Shown: positions 14,710 through 29,046 of the stretch, piece by piece
How positions within the stretch are numbered: the first letter of the stretch is position 1
How the letters are laid out: every line of letters begins with the position of its first letter
Assembly (NCBI GenBank): GCA_951406725.2
Contig: OX597815.1
Coordinates: 154,070,001 to 154,134,000 of the forward strand
Direction of reading: 5' to 3'
From: Octopus vulgaris
Lineage: Eukaryota
DNA: 64,000 nt
Notes under the pieces: model-generated
The model's database searches: none
Seen by the model: the letters and a program-made list of their open reading frames with translations, nothing else
What the model was told of the DNA's origin: nothing
Program-made: the position numbers and the translations under genes

Positions 14710-15007
14710 ATGGATAAATTAAGAAATAGGTGTTAACATCAAACGCATATGTTAACACCTGCATTTAATTCCATTTCTTAATTTATTCATGATAAACAAA
14801 AACTTTTCACTTAACCCTGGAATTACTACCTTTATAAATAGGCTGTAATATCCTTGGCAATTATGTAAATTTTTTGCTACCTGGTAAATATTTATTTATT
14901 TTTTCTGTGTTATTTGAACACATTGAAAATATGCACATACATTTATATATATACTTACATACATGCATACATACATACATACATACATACATACATACAT
15001 ACATACA

Positions 15008-15043
<36 letters not shown>

Positions 15044-15078
15044 TATATACATATACATATATATACATATACATATAC

Positions 15079-15164
<86 letters not shown>

Positions 15165-15165
<1 letters not shown>

Positions 15166-15274
15166 GATTCTTCTAGAGTGGATGCAGGCGCTAATATATA
15201 TTTATAAATACATGTGACATATTAATAAACATCTGTAAATACAAAACCGTCCAGCATTCTGAGTACCTTATATC

Positions 15275-15280
<6 letters not shown>
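15165..15280 (+). mobile_element. Fragment of PLE-like repeat family also at 23516-23760 and 43413-43680
   Basis: GCGCTAATATA...CATGTGACATATTAATAAA.ATCTGTAAATACAAAACC.TCC...TTCTGAGTA matches the reverse complement of the other copies. Confidence 0.65.
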
Positions 15281-15344
<64 letters not shown>

Positions 15345-15543
15345 ATTATGATGCAAATTAAATTAAAGCACATACACTGTTGTATTTCGCTTCAGTTTTT
15401 AGTCAAATAATTAGATAATATTGGTACCGGAAGTTTCTGGTTGGAAGAAATGAGTACTGCTTGCAGTAGGCTTTGAAGCAATAGTTTACGTGAAGCATAG
15501 TAACTATACACTCATACATATACACACACACACACGCACACAC

Positions 15544-15577
<34 letters not shown>

Positions 15578-15581
15578 TTAC

Positions 15582-15612
<31 letters not shown>

Positions 15613-15734
15613 TAGGCCAAAGTGTACGTACACCGCTATATTTTATATATAAAAAATACAAAAATGGGACAAGAACGCATATATATATATATATGGAAAG
15701 AAGAAGTGTATTCCCACGAAGGAAAAAAAATACG

Positions 15735-16010
15735 AGAATTTGTTTTTGGGGTTTGAAACTGCATCCAAATTTCCAAATCGTGTAATTGTTTTCAGATAGA
15801 TTTATTTACATAAATACCAACTAGTTTCAGCAATTTTTTTCTTTATCAATGGTACTTCATAATTTTAAACTCTGTTAAAATCTTGTTTTATATATATATA
15901 TTTGTACCATAGATAAAAGAACATTTCTGAAACTAGGTTGGTATGTATATGAATAAATCTATACTTTTTTCAAATTCAGGCACATTTTCAAACCCCAAAA
16001 CAAATTCTTT
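15735..16010. repeat. Old head-to-head inverted pair, each arm with a decayed HHR-like motif
   Basis: GAATTTGTTTTTGGGGTTTGAAA (left) vs TTTCAAACCCCAAAACAAATTC (right). Both arms read GTACCA T.GATAA..CTGAAACTAG.TTGGTAT. Confidence 0.55.
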
Positions 16011-16049
16011 TCTATACATACATATGAAGTTATATATGTATATATATGG

Positions 16050-16360
16050 GGTTGAGATCCACTTCGGTCATGACTGACTATGTGATCGCACCTAAAACGT
16101 TCTCCTTAGAAGCACAAGTCCGGGGAATTTGTTTATGGAGGACCAGCAGTCGTCCATGCATAGCAGCCTCTTCTCTCCACGCCACGGATGTTATCCAAGG
16201 AAAAGGCAAAGCCTGTAGAGCTTTGCACCAGTGACGTCGCAACACATTTCTACAGCTGAGTGAAATAAAGTGTCTTGCTTAAGACAGCACAACACACAAC
16301 CCAGTTCAACGATCGAACTCACTACCTCATGGCCAAACGCTCTAACTACTGAACGCTTTC
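16050..16360 (-). mobile_element. tRNA-derived SINE fragment
   Basis: cagctgagtg...aaataaagtgtcttgct.aag.cacaac...atcgaactcac.acct is shared with the SINEs at 55770 and 57950. Confidence 0.6.
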
Positions 16361-16379
16361 ACTCATATCTATCTATCTG

Positions 16380-16475
<96 letters not shown>

Positions 16476-16525
16476 CCTATCTATCTTTCCATCAATGTAT
16501 GTATGTATGTCTGTATGTCTGTATG

Positions 16526-16558
<33 letters not shown>

Positions 16559-16686
16559 AAGATACGAGATGGGACAAGAACGCAAAACATCCAATTAGAC
16601 GATACAAAAAACGCAGACAGGTCATTCGAAGCCTTTAATCTTCAGTCAAGAACCGCATCATGCTCGCAATCTCAGCTGATTAATCT

Positions 16687-16770
<84 letters not shown>

Positions 16771-18203
16771 TGTAAAATCAATTAGGTAAAAAAACATCAT
16801 AGGGTAATCGATTAATTGGTTTTTTGGTTTTGCCGTGTACATTCATCGGAGCTTGTAACCTAATTGATGAAAATATGCCCCTCATACCTTTGTCTTGCAA
16901 GTAACTATTTATCTAATTAGCTGACTAATTTATTAATTAAATAACTAATGAAACAATTGATTAATGACAAAACTGAACTGAAATAAGATCACTATATATT
17001 GATTGACAGTCTGAACCTTTCAAATTACAACAATATATGTTTTAACAGACACTTAGCATCGGGATTCTTAGAAAGCAACACAAACACCCCCCCCCACACA
17101 CACACACACATGCATCCATACCAACATAAATCAAGGAAGAACATTGAGAAGCAACGTAGAACAAGTTTAATACTCATTGCAATTATATCGGTACCATTCC
17201 GTTTCGAAGCACAGTGCATAATTATTATAATTGACAAATTATACAATATCTTTATAACTCTACATTTAAATGAATATGCCGGAATGCATCGGCTTTCAAT
17301 CAATTCAGATTTACAATGCATAAGTAAAGCATACATTTTATTCCCACTTAATTACTTTTCTTATATGAAAATTCAAACCATATCATAAATTTTCGATAAT
17401 TAAACGAATACCTTTTTGGCGTCGGTGGACTTTTTCTTAACTTAGATTCATACTAAGTACTATTCAAGATGAAAGAACAAATTGGTCGTTTCCTATTATA
17501 GACAGCCATTTTTTTATTCGTAAAAGATTCCTAAATAGACTATTACACTCGTGAGATGAGTGTAATAATTAATGAACGGATTTCGGAATCGCTATCAGTA
17601 AAAAGTACCAGTAAAATTTTATAAGTGTAACGCAGCGATGAGGAGCAAATTGTGAAAAATTAAAGATTAAATATTTGCACAAATAATCCTTTCATAAGAT
17701 AAACGATCAGCTAGTTCCTTGCCCTTTTACTTCTCCATGAAATAGTGATAAATATTCCAATTGTGTACCGCTCAACTTCTATACCCATTTCAAGACTAAT
17801 AATTTATTTACTAAACCTTTAGTAAATAAAATATTGACTCTGGATAAGAGGGAAGCTCCTAAAAATATTTATGAATATGTTTATCATATTAAAACAAGCG
17901 ATCATCATAGCAGCTCTTTTGAAATTTCCTTAATTCCAGAGTATTTTCGCTTCACTCATTTACGCAATCAATCTCTAAACTGATTCCATCACATACATAT
18001 ATACATACACACATGTATATTGTTGTTGCTATATAACATCAGATCAACTTGAATATCGCAGATTTTTGATCAAAAGTTTTCCATCCGTGACTATCCATCT
18101 TTTATTTTTGTATGAAGTACTAAATTTAAAACGGTTTGCATAAGCGTGAATTTAGGGAAATTTTTTCAAATGGTGTGATCACTAGAATGGCCCCCATTCC
18201 CTC

Positions 18204-18240
<37 letters not shown>

Positions 18241-18303
18241 GTAATGGCGGTGCCCCAGCATGGCCACAGCGCGTGAGCTGAAACTAGAATCAATCAGAAT
18301 CAG

Positions 18304-18348
<45 letters not shown>

Positions 18349-18670
18349 ATTTTTTGTGGTTGAATCTGTATTTATTATACAGATGCATACATTTATTTGT
18401 GTGTGCATATGTGTGTATGTGCGTGTATGTACGTGTGTGTGCATGTGTGTGCATGTGTGTATCTGTGTGTTTGTAGTCCAATATAATTTAATCGAAGCAT
18501 TAAGAGATTATTGTAAAAATATAAAGGAGAATTGCAGTTTCTTCATACAATTCAGCGCTCATATTTATTTAATCTTTCGCTAACAAATAAACCTATAATT
18601 GATTATCATCAAGCAATAAATCTTATTGCTTTAAAAATATGTTGATATTGACAAATGTATTTCATGTAAA

Positions 18671-19010
18671 TACGAGCGAGAATCAAAAATTCAACGCACT
18701 CTTGTTTTTTCAATGTATTAACACGAGAGAAGGGGATAAACAAGTACGTCATTTTTCAATATAGTCTCCTTCCTTTTCGATGCACTTGGTCCAGCGCCTC
18801 ACAAGCTTGCAGATTCCCTCCAGGAAATAGGTTTTCGGTTGGTCGTGCACCGCTTCCTTCACATTTTCATCAGTAGAAAGTCGACGACATCGTAAACCAT
18901 CTTTGAGCGGTCGAAAGATATGATAGTCGGAAGAGGCGAGATCTGGGCTGTAGGCAGGGTGTTCCAGCACCTCAAAACCCAGTCGGTTAATGGTTTCAAC
19001 GGTCTAGGCG
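18671..19010 (-). mobile_element. mariner transposase C-terminal remnant with terminal repeat
   Basis: ORF 18749-18970(-): HPAYSPDLASSDYHIFRPLK...YFLEGICKLVRRWTKCIEKEGDYIEK (YSPDL motif). TACGAG.GAGAATCAAAAATT terminus at 18671. Confidence 0.85.
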
Positions 19011-19199
19011 GGGGGGGGGGGGCTGCATTATTATGCAACAACAAAGCTTTCTTATATATATATATATATACGACGGGTTTCTTTCAATTATCGTTTATCA
19101 AATCTACTCAAAAGTTTCTGGTTAGTTCGAGGCTGTAGTAGAATATACTTGCCCAAGTTCACATACACACATGTCCGATTTATACAAGGAAATGAAAAT

Positions 19200-19560
19200 G
19201 GCATCTATCCAGGCATCCCCATATTTCAAGACTTCTGCATAGATTCCATCAGACCCTGGAGACTTATTGTTATTCAGCCTATTCATAGCCAAATAATTGT
19301 CATTTTCAGTTTGTTCAAATACCATCTCTTCTATAACTGGAAGGTATTCGATTTTTTCTATCATGCTCATGTCAGCGAATGATGGTCTATTCAAAAATGC
19401 AGAAAAATGTTCTACCCAGCGCTTATGAATAGAAGCAGTGTCAGTCAGAGGTGAAAGTCCATTTGCTGTTCTCACTGGAACCATTGAAGATTTGAAGCCA
19501 TGTAACTCCTTAACATAGGAGTACAAACCTTTGGCATCATTTCTATCAGCTGCTTTTTGT
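19200..19560 (-). mobile_element. RTE-clade LINE fragment (linker before RT)
   Basis: PVRTANG..LTDTASIHKRWVEHFSAFLNRPS...LNNNKSPGSDGIYAEVLKYG. Confidence 0.8.
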
Positions 19561-20519
19561 GTCCCTGTTGCTCTGTCATTCCACCATTCCTATTTAATTT
19601 TCCTTACAGCAGTCTGCACATACATATGTATACATTCTCTTTCATCGTTTTTGTTTCACATTCAGATACGCATGCATATCATGTAAGGCTTTTATTTCAC
19701 AAACGAATGAAAGCTTATGCTAAGCTATTACACCCTGTATAATTTCATTATTTATGGATTCAAAACTGATCACATTCTCTCTGATTATAAAGCTGGGCGC
19801 TTCCTGTGTTTCTTCAGGCATAAAAATAATTTATAATTTCACCAAAAGAAGTGATGTCAGAAATTGGAACCTGTGGAAAATGATTGAACGAAGTGCCAGT
19901 TACAAACAAACATACCCGTGCGCACAACACTCACACCCACATACATGCACACATGCACACACTTATATCAATATATATTGTATACCTGTTTATATAAAAC
20001 AATGATTGCAAACATTGAAAACAAAACACCCATAAAACAGCGATCAGAATAAATTTATAGTTGGTTTTTATTGTATTTTAACAATGTTGTATTATTTGTT
20101 ACTGCATTGAGTTTCAGCGCATTCATAAATTTTTCTTCTATATATATATATTTTTTTAAAGTCCATATATCTTTTCATATATTCTGTTCCATACATTTTG
20201 CGTTAAAGTTTGTTTTCAGCTTCAGTATTGTAACAAGAAGATACGGTGAAGAGATGTGTTGATATTAGAATGCGGAATGTTTGCATAAAATTCTTGTATG
20301 TCGTATAGAATTGCCACTTTATTGGTATTGAAATAATTCTGCTAATGAGAATTCTAGCATCTCTAAGTATAATTTTCTAGCTGAAACCCCTGTAAGTTTC
20401 GTGAAGATTGGCAGTTCGATGAAACACATTATGGTAGTTAAATACCAAAACTTGTTGAATGTTAGTCCCGATCAGTTCAGAGGTTCAAGCGCTGGCATAG
20501 TAATCCACCAGCTGGAAAG

Positions 20520-21000
20520 GTTGGTAAAAAGCCAATCTATAATCTTTAATTCGGATTTCGTGGCCACCTCCCATCACTTATGGTCATGAATGTTGAATAA
20601 TGGCCGAAACAGTACGATGGCGAATGTAAGCGGTCGAAATAGGATTACTTCGAAGGATCTCTGAAACAACGTTACTCGATAGGTTGCATACCAAGGAGAT
20701 GAGGGAATATCTCCAGGTCGAAACGTGAGCATTGAGAGGCCACGAATCTGATATTACAGACATGGAATTAGAATGCAGTACGGAAGATCGCAAGCCAGCT
20801 TCTTCAAGTAGAGCTAACTGGTATGAAACCTAGGGGTGAACCAAAAGTGAGGTGGGTGGATAATATCCATAATCTCACTTAGCCACACTAGGGAATCCAG
20901 CAGGGAAGTGTAACGACTGTTGCATCTGACAGAATCCTTTGGGAGGACTTTACCACTACGGTCTTCCCGGGAATAGTGACCGCCAAAACTTGGTGGGTAG
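20520..21000 (+). mobile_element. RTE-clade LINE 3' end remnant
   Basis: Frameshifted translation approximately TYGHEC.IMAETVRWRM.AVEIGLLRRISETTLLDRL...GMKPRGEPKVRWVDNI...ASDRILWED, typical of the RTE C-terminus. Confidence 0.65.
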
Positions 21001-22597
21001 AGCAGATCATCTCTAAGTAAACCTATGATCAAAAGCGTCCTATCTGTGATCATATTGATTTTTGTATCTTCATTATACATTACGTCTTCCCTATTTCTAA
21101 TACATTGACTTTCTAGCATCATTTGTTGTTTTGTCCCAGGGTGTCACTGCAATATCTTAAATAATTTTGATATGAGCGCCTATATCATATGTGAAGCACG
21201 GATGTCACAGTGTTTCTCACACACTACCCACTGGAGAATCATTTCGAGCCTTCCATTTTGTTAAATATACTCTTTCTTTACTCAGTTTTTAACTTACCTC
21301 ACTAGAAATTAAAATTCATTGTGATTTAAATATGAAAATACAAAAAAATGGGGAAAAAATCTACATAATTTAGAATGATGTTTTAGAGTATCATAATCAC
21401 ATTCATTAACAGTTGTAGCATGCTAGCGAAAAATCGAGGATCAAAGAAAAGAAATAATGCAATAATCCACAAGAAGATGTTTTGCAAACATACCACCTGA
21501 CCCTTTGTTAGGTCGTGTGGGAGCCAACATACTAAGTATCAATCTGAAGAATGTTTAGCCTTCAATTAATTTAGTCATTTATTTCCCATTTAAGTTGAAC
21601 ACTTCCCATTTGTTCAATTAATAGCTCTATATCATTGCTCTACTCGCATAGAGATTTCGCACGCTGTCTCAAACTTCAACGTTTGCTATGATCGCCATGT
21701 TTCTTACAAAGAGTTGGTGATTTGTAGTAATACCACTTAAAGGTTTTTACAAGGTCAAGCATTTTGAGGGTAGAAACAATTGATTAAATAGATCCCAGAA
21801 TAGTTGATTGGCTCTTGTTTACGGACCAGAAGCATGAAATACAAAGTTGATCTTGGCTAGCATTGAACTCATATTTGATCAATCACCAACTGAGGAATTG
21901 AAATCGCCAACATTTTGAGTAGTATCAAAAATGACTAACTTCGTATATATTTACATATCAATAAACACTCGTAAAATAATAGTTTATAATTTACATCTGC
22001 CACTCATAGCCAGTGATTTTGCGGGGAAGGAGTTAGTCGATATCCAGTACTTGATTAGTACTTTGCTTTATCGACCACAAAAGAATGTAGGACAAAGAGA
22101 GCCACGACGGAATTTGAAATCAGAACGTTAAAATAAGGAACAACAATACGGCAAAGCAACTTTTCCAACGTTGTGAAGATCCTATCAGCTCAATGACCTC
22201 AAATACGTATAAAATAATAATACTAATGATTGAAGTAATATTACAAATTTGGAATCATTTATGGTAACACAAAAATAATATTTTTTTCTTTAAAATGTAA
22301 AACTGGCTGAGTATAGTTGAGTTGAATTACCATCAGCAAATGTCGAATGAGCAGAAGATGTAGAGATATGTGAGCAAACGTTTGAAATAAGCAAATGATA
22401 TCAATCAGTTTTTTTGTTTAAAATCATCAGTAAATGTAAACAATATTGTTCTCGATATAGCTGCTGAAATGTTGAGATCGTGGTGTTTTCACAGGAGATA
22501 ACACAGTTGTTGAATGAAGTGGTCCATAATTGATTAACGTTTGGCGTTTACTCTCAATATACTTTGATCATATTATCGAAATCTCATTGGATATATA

Positions 22598-22828
<231 letters not shown>

Positions 22829-23515
22829 TACATACAAACACCATATATACATACACACACACATGCCAAGAATGACAGAAAATCATTTACAAAGTAATGA
22901 AGAGGAGTTGCTTGAAATGGTAAGGTTGAAAGATGAGACAACATCGTTATCTTAGTTAGTAAAATAGCTACAGCAGAAAAAGGAGTATTTTAGTGATAAA
23001 TCATTATCTCAAAATTCAAAGCTCATCTAATTATACGGATAAAGGTTACATTAATATTAGAGATATATACAATAATTGGGAAACAAATTTCTTGACTCAC
23101 ATAATTTCTATTTATTTTACTATATGGTTGACAAATTATACATACTTTCCTGTCATATGATCAGAATGATTTTTCCGAAGTATTTAGAAGTAAAATTAAT
23201 ATTTAACATGTAAAATGTCGACCAAATATTGTTTCTTGCTCTTGTTATCATAATTTGACTATATCCAGGTTTTGACTGCATGTGCTAAAACTGGTTTCAC
23301 ATACTTCTATAGCATTCATGTATTATCTACACATATGTGTATATATACGAATATATATATATATATATATATGCAAATACGTATATATGTGTGTATATCC
23401 ATATCCATACATACATACATACATATATACACATACACACACACAGACACACACACATACACACACACACATATATATATATTAGAAGATTTGGAGTTAA
23501 TATACAGGTATTATA

Positions 23516-23760
23516 TATTAGAAGAAATGAGCTACTCAGAAATCTGGATGGTTTTATATTTACAGATATTTATTAATATGTCACATGTTTTTATAAATCA
23601 TATATTAGCACTTGCGTCCACTCTAATGCTGTCGTCAGATTGAACTTTTCCTGAAGTTTGTCTCTTTTTATAATAGTATTATTGAGTGTGTAGGGGTGCA
23701 GAGAGATATAAGATAGTACAAGGGGGTGAGGAATGGGGAGAAAGTGATAGAGAGTGCGTG
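23516..23760 (-). mobile_element. PLE-like repeat with HHR-like motif (GCAA variant)
   Basis: Homologous to 43413-43680. Minus strand CTGACGA CAGCATTAGAGTGGAC GCAA GTGC TA ATAT at 23602-23642. Confidence 0.6.
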
Positions 23761-23775
23761 TGTGTACCTCGTTTC

Positions 23776-23823
<48 letters not shown>

Positions 23824-26119
23824 ACGTCTTTGGCTGTTGGCCGCTGGACAAGACGGTACTGTTATCGTGTGGTAAGACAATTTTTCTGAGCATCTGATGA
23901 TACTTCACCTTATAGAAGTAAAACATCAACTGTATGAAGGGGAATTTCTCTGGTGAAAACAAGAATGTCCGATAGTTTGCAAAAGTGTAACTAAGGGGTG
24001 TAAAGCGTATTTAATGTAATTCATATGTATCTAGGGGATAATGTTGATTACTAGACAGAAAAAATAAAGGAGAGAAATAGAAAGAGGATAGAAAGAAGGA
24101 GAGGGGGGAAAACGAGAGTGAAAAGAGAGAAAAAGCAAGCATATTTAATTGAATATATAAAATTTTAGGCTTTTTTTAGATTGATGTTAGTCCCTACTTT
24201 GTCACTGACTTCACTGACATTTTCTCACTACTGTTTTTTTATGCTTTTTCTTAACCCAAAAGCAATCCACATCATAAAATCAGCGATAAAGGCGTTTCTT
24301 TCGTAATTATCAAGTTTCATTGAACACCAGGTTTTGTATTATCCATTGTATCCGTACTTATTTAAGAAAGTATGCTGAACTCGATGAAAATTTTGCTGTT
24401 ATTTTTCGCAAGCTGAACGACTGCGTGGCTTGGGTTTTGCCTCATAAAATTGCTTGGTTAATTATTTTTCATGAAGGTATGAAAGTCAATGGTGAGCAGA
24501 ACAAAATATAAAATGAATTAGAAAGCTGGCTATAAATACTAACTATTTTGATGTAAAAGATTATTAAACTCTAACAAGAGTATTTGTAATAGATTAAATA
24601 TCTCGTTACTGGTTATATAACAAAGAATTAGAAGGCAAAGGTGCTCCATTTATTTCAGCTCTCTAATTTCTCAGCTTTCTATTCGTTACAATGGAGTAAT
24701 GACATCATTGGCCTGTTTTAGTGACATACGTGGTGTTATTGAAATTCATTTAAAACCTTATTTTATTTATTTTTCTTCATAATTATTTTTCGGTCGTTGG
24801 GGTACCTCAGAAAAAAAGTTATTTTTTCTAATGGCTCAGTTTAGTTGAATACATATTATATGAGGCAAAACTATATTGTTAAAAAGAAAGGTATGGGAGA
24901 AGTTTTCGGTAATGAAACTTAATTAGCAAATAATTCATCAAAACGTTTCTCACTTAATGCCGTCACCATAGAACTAAGTCTTAAACTATTCATCAGCAGG
25001 GTATTCACAATTTCGAAAATTATACGACGTTTTTCAAAGAAAAAGAATTTACAATTTTTATTCGACGAATTATTATAAGAATCAACAGAAGTCAGTACAA
25101 AACACTAATGGCCTAAGCTTCAAGCTTAGCAAAGTTGAAAAAATAGTTCAACAATTTGTGTCGATAAATCAATTACTGTTATCGAAATAATCAATTATGA
25201 TACTCATAGATAGTTCCTTCATATAGTTGAAGTTAAGTTTGCAATCGCGATAGTGATAAAATGGAGGCAGATGATTTGTACATAGATAAAACAGTGGTCT
25301 ATAGCAGATATGTTTCTGTAGAAAACTACGTTAAATAATGTTATATATTCGAAGCAGAGATAGTAACATATTTTGATCAAAGACAAAATAAATGATCCGT
25401 GAGTTGAGAGACGAATACTTATCCACTCCTCTGAAAAAGAAAGAAGCAAAACCCACGTAGAAAAATGATTATATTATGTATACTTTCGATGGCGAGACAA
25501 CGAAGATCTGGCAGTTATTTTTTGCAGCAGGCAGCAGCTACAAACAAAATTCCGTATCACAGGGGGATTTATATATTTGGAGGACAGTAAAGCCTAATAG
25601 CAATCAATAACCAAATAGTTTAATTTTCTGTTGACCACAAATCTTTTGATATATTTTAATGCAGGCGAAAATCCGTGTGCATACTAGCTGAATATACCCT
25701 TAGTTGTTTTCTCTTTTAACTTTTTCTATATAAAACAATGATGCAGCACAATACTTCTATATACGTAGAGGCACATTTCTTTTTCACTTTATGTCACGAG
25801 ATCAAGTGTTATGCACTGACTACGCAGGCTCTGATCATTTTTTAGCACTTTTAGCACAAATGTAATTAACTCCAGAATCTTTTATATTTGTCTGAAAAGA
25901 AAAGACAGAGTAACTGAGTTGTATAAATACCACTGAGCAGCATGGAAGTACTGATTGCGGGCATTGACCATACGAAAGTTATTCCACAAGGAGACTGTCT
26001 TTAAATTGGAATAAGACCGAGGAAACATCATAGGCTTCGACCGTGTCAGAATATAGCGACAATTTCAGAAAAAAACCCAAGCAAAACAAAGGAAAAACAG
26101 CAGTAACGATAAAAAAGTC

Positions 26120-26660
26120 AGGCGTGACTGTGTGGTAAGACGTTTAATTTCCAACTACATGATTTTCGGGTTAATCCCACAGAGTGGCAACTTGAGCAAG
26201 TGTCTTCTTCTATAGGCTCGGGCTGACAAAAGCTTTGTGATTAGATTTGGTAGGCGTAAACTGAAAGAAGCTCGTCGTATATATATATTTATAATACATA
26301 TGTTTATATATGCACACACACATATATATAATACATACATATGTTTATATATATATGAGTATATATATATGTATATATATATATATGTATAAATATGTGT
26401 GTGTGTGTATGTCTGTGTGTGTGTGTTGTGGCTTTTGAGCACATGTTTGTCCTCTAGTGACACTTGACAGCAGATATTTGTGTGCTTACGTCCTCGTAAA
26501 ATAGCGGTTCGGCAAAAGACCTCGATACAATAATTACCAGGCTTTACTAAAAAAATAATACGTATTGGGGTTGATAAGTGCGACTAAAGTCTTTAATGCA
26601 GTTCCCCTGCATGGCAGCAGTCTAATGACTAAAACAATTTAATGACAAATGATAAAAGAT
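26120..26660 (+). mobile_element. tRNA-derived SINE family A, diverged copy
   Basis: Same head, body and tail as 26865-27350. Confidence 0.75.
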
Positions 26661-26864
26661 ATCTTTTCTCGGATCTACATCTTGTGAATATCCATTAAGA
26701 AACCACTAATAGAAAAGCACATACAATTTCAGAAAGGAGAAAACCTATTCATTGTTCATCGTGTCCAATTGACTCTTAGTGACCGTAACTGCCCAGAAAT
26801 CGTGTATTTCTTGATTCAGACTAGCATGAAATCAATACAACTTAAGAGGTGCAGGAGTGGCGCA

Positions 26865-27019
26865 GATATGGCTGTGTAGTAAGTAGCTTGCTTACCAACC
26901 ACATGGTTCCGGGTTCAGTCCTACTGCGTGGCAGCTTGGGCAAGTGACTTCTACTATAGCCTCGGCCGACCAAAGCCTTGTGAATGCATTTGGTAGACGG
27001 AAATTGAAAGGCCATTGTA

Positions 27020-27110
<91 letters not shown>

Positions 27111-27350
27111 CTGTGTGTATATGTGTGTGTGTTTGTGTGTCTGTGTTTGATCCCCCTCAACATCGCTTGACAACCGATGCTGGTGTGTTTACGTCCCCGT
27201 AACTTAGCGGTTCGGCAAAAGAACCGATAGAATAAGTACTAGGCTTACAAAGAATAAGTTCTGAGGTCGATTTGCTCGACTAAAGGTGGTGCTGCAGCAT
27301 GGCCGCAGTCAAATGACTGAAACCAGTAAAAGAGTAAAAGACTAAAAGAG
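26865..27350 (+). mobile_element. tRNA-derived SINE family A with internal (TA)n(TG)n and CR1-like 3' tail
   Basis: A/B-box-like head GGCTGTGTAGTAAG...GGGTTCAGTCC; tail GGTGCTGCAGCATGGCCGCAGTCAAATGACTGAAAC followed by (GTAAAAGA)n. Several copies in the window. Confidence 0.85.
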
Positions 27351-28411
27351 TTATGGTAAATATTGTAAGTGATTTAGATAAGTGTTCACGATTCTAGAAT
27401 AATTGTGAGCTGAAAATGTTAAAAAAGATTGTTTACGATTCTAGAAAGATTATGAGCTAAACGCTAAAATAGATTGAAGCTAAAAAAAATATCACGCCCG
27501 CTATCATGCGCGAGAAAAAGAACATTCTATATAAAACTTCCAATTTCAAATATCCGGCAGGTCTTTAAAAATGATTGCACTTACATGCTCATTGAATAAT
27601 TTGTTAGCTTTATACTTTCAAAGTGGATAAGAGCATAAACCTGAGGTTATGTAATCATACAAACTTGTAATTACATGTATCTGTAATTTTATGCATATGA
27701 ATAGGTTTCCATTGTTTTCAAAATTGCACACCTTCCGCAAATTATATTTATTGATTTCATTAAAACGAATCTTATAAGCTTTTGGAATCGCCACAATAGA
27801 ATCTTTTGTTAAAACTATTTAAGTATTCAGGTTTAAAATGAGTGCATCTTTCAAATTTGTTTCTCATGAAATTACTTTCCATTTTTAGAACAACGGCTGT
27901 ACGTCTGAGAGAAGAATGTATGTATACACACACATATACACATGTACACATGAACACATGTACACTTACGCATGCACATACACAGGCACACACACACACA
28001 CACACACACAAACATACACATATATATAATTTTATACCTTTTAATACTGCTAATCGAGAAAAAGTTACAAAAGTGACCCAAGGACAGACAGTTTCGTGGA
28101 GAGCGCGATAAGTACCATGCACGAAACTTTTGGTTCTTGTGTCATTTTTGCAGCTTACCAGAACTAAAATTAATAAAAAGATACATATACTAATGTATTG
28201 TACTTCTATTTCCCCTGTTTGTTCTATCAAACTTACAAACACGTGCGCACACACATACACAGTGACATATACATGATATATGGGTATGTGTTTAATAAGC
28301 TCGCTTTGCATCCACGTGGATTCAAGTTTAATGTTTTCTGTTACAGCAATGCTTGTGAATGAACTTGATAGATAGATAGATATATAGGAATAGGGGTATG
28401 CCTGTCGTTTA

Positions 28412-28453
<42 letters not shown>

Positions 28454-28714
28454 AAATTAAAGAAGGAAAATACACACATTTTATATAGCTTTCATATAAA
28501 CTGTGATATATCTTGTACTATGTTTGTCGACCGGTTTCGCTTTCGCTGTTCCTGACATTAACATTTATTTAAATGCGTATTTTCTTAGGGAGAATTTTTT
28601 TGTGAAGTTTACAAATGAATGATTCAACAAATAGAAGAATTTAAGAGGAGGTAATTAGTTATCGTTGTTATTGTGGGCAGGGGAGATAATTGTTAAGCTT
28701 TCGGTAGTGCGGGA

Positions 28715-28751
<37 letters not shown>

Positions 28752-28982
28752 CAAAATTTCAAAATCTAGAGCAGTGGGGAGAAATATGTGGTGATGGGTT
28801 CGTAATCGTGAATTAAACTATATAAATAGATCAAAGTTGGTTATGCATTTATATTTAGACGTGTTCTGTATTTTTCGAAGAAAAAGTTTTCTTTATTTAA
28901 ACGTACTTGTAAAGATATTGTATGTATATATATATATATATATATAATATATAGTGTCATGCTCGTCTGTCCTATTTATAAT

Positions 28983-29046
<64 letters not shown>

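Noticed and set aside
23891-23937. CTGATGA TACTTC..GAAGTA AAA hammerhead-like string
   Set aside because: G12 missing and helix I does not register; too weak to call.
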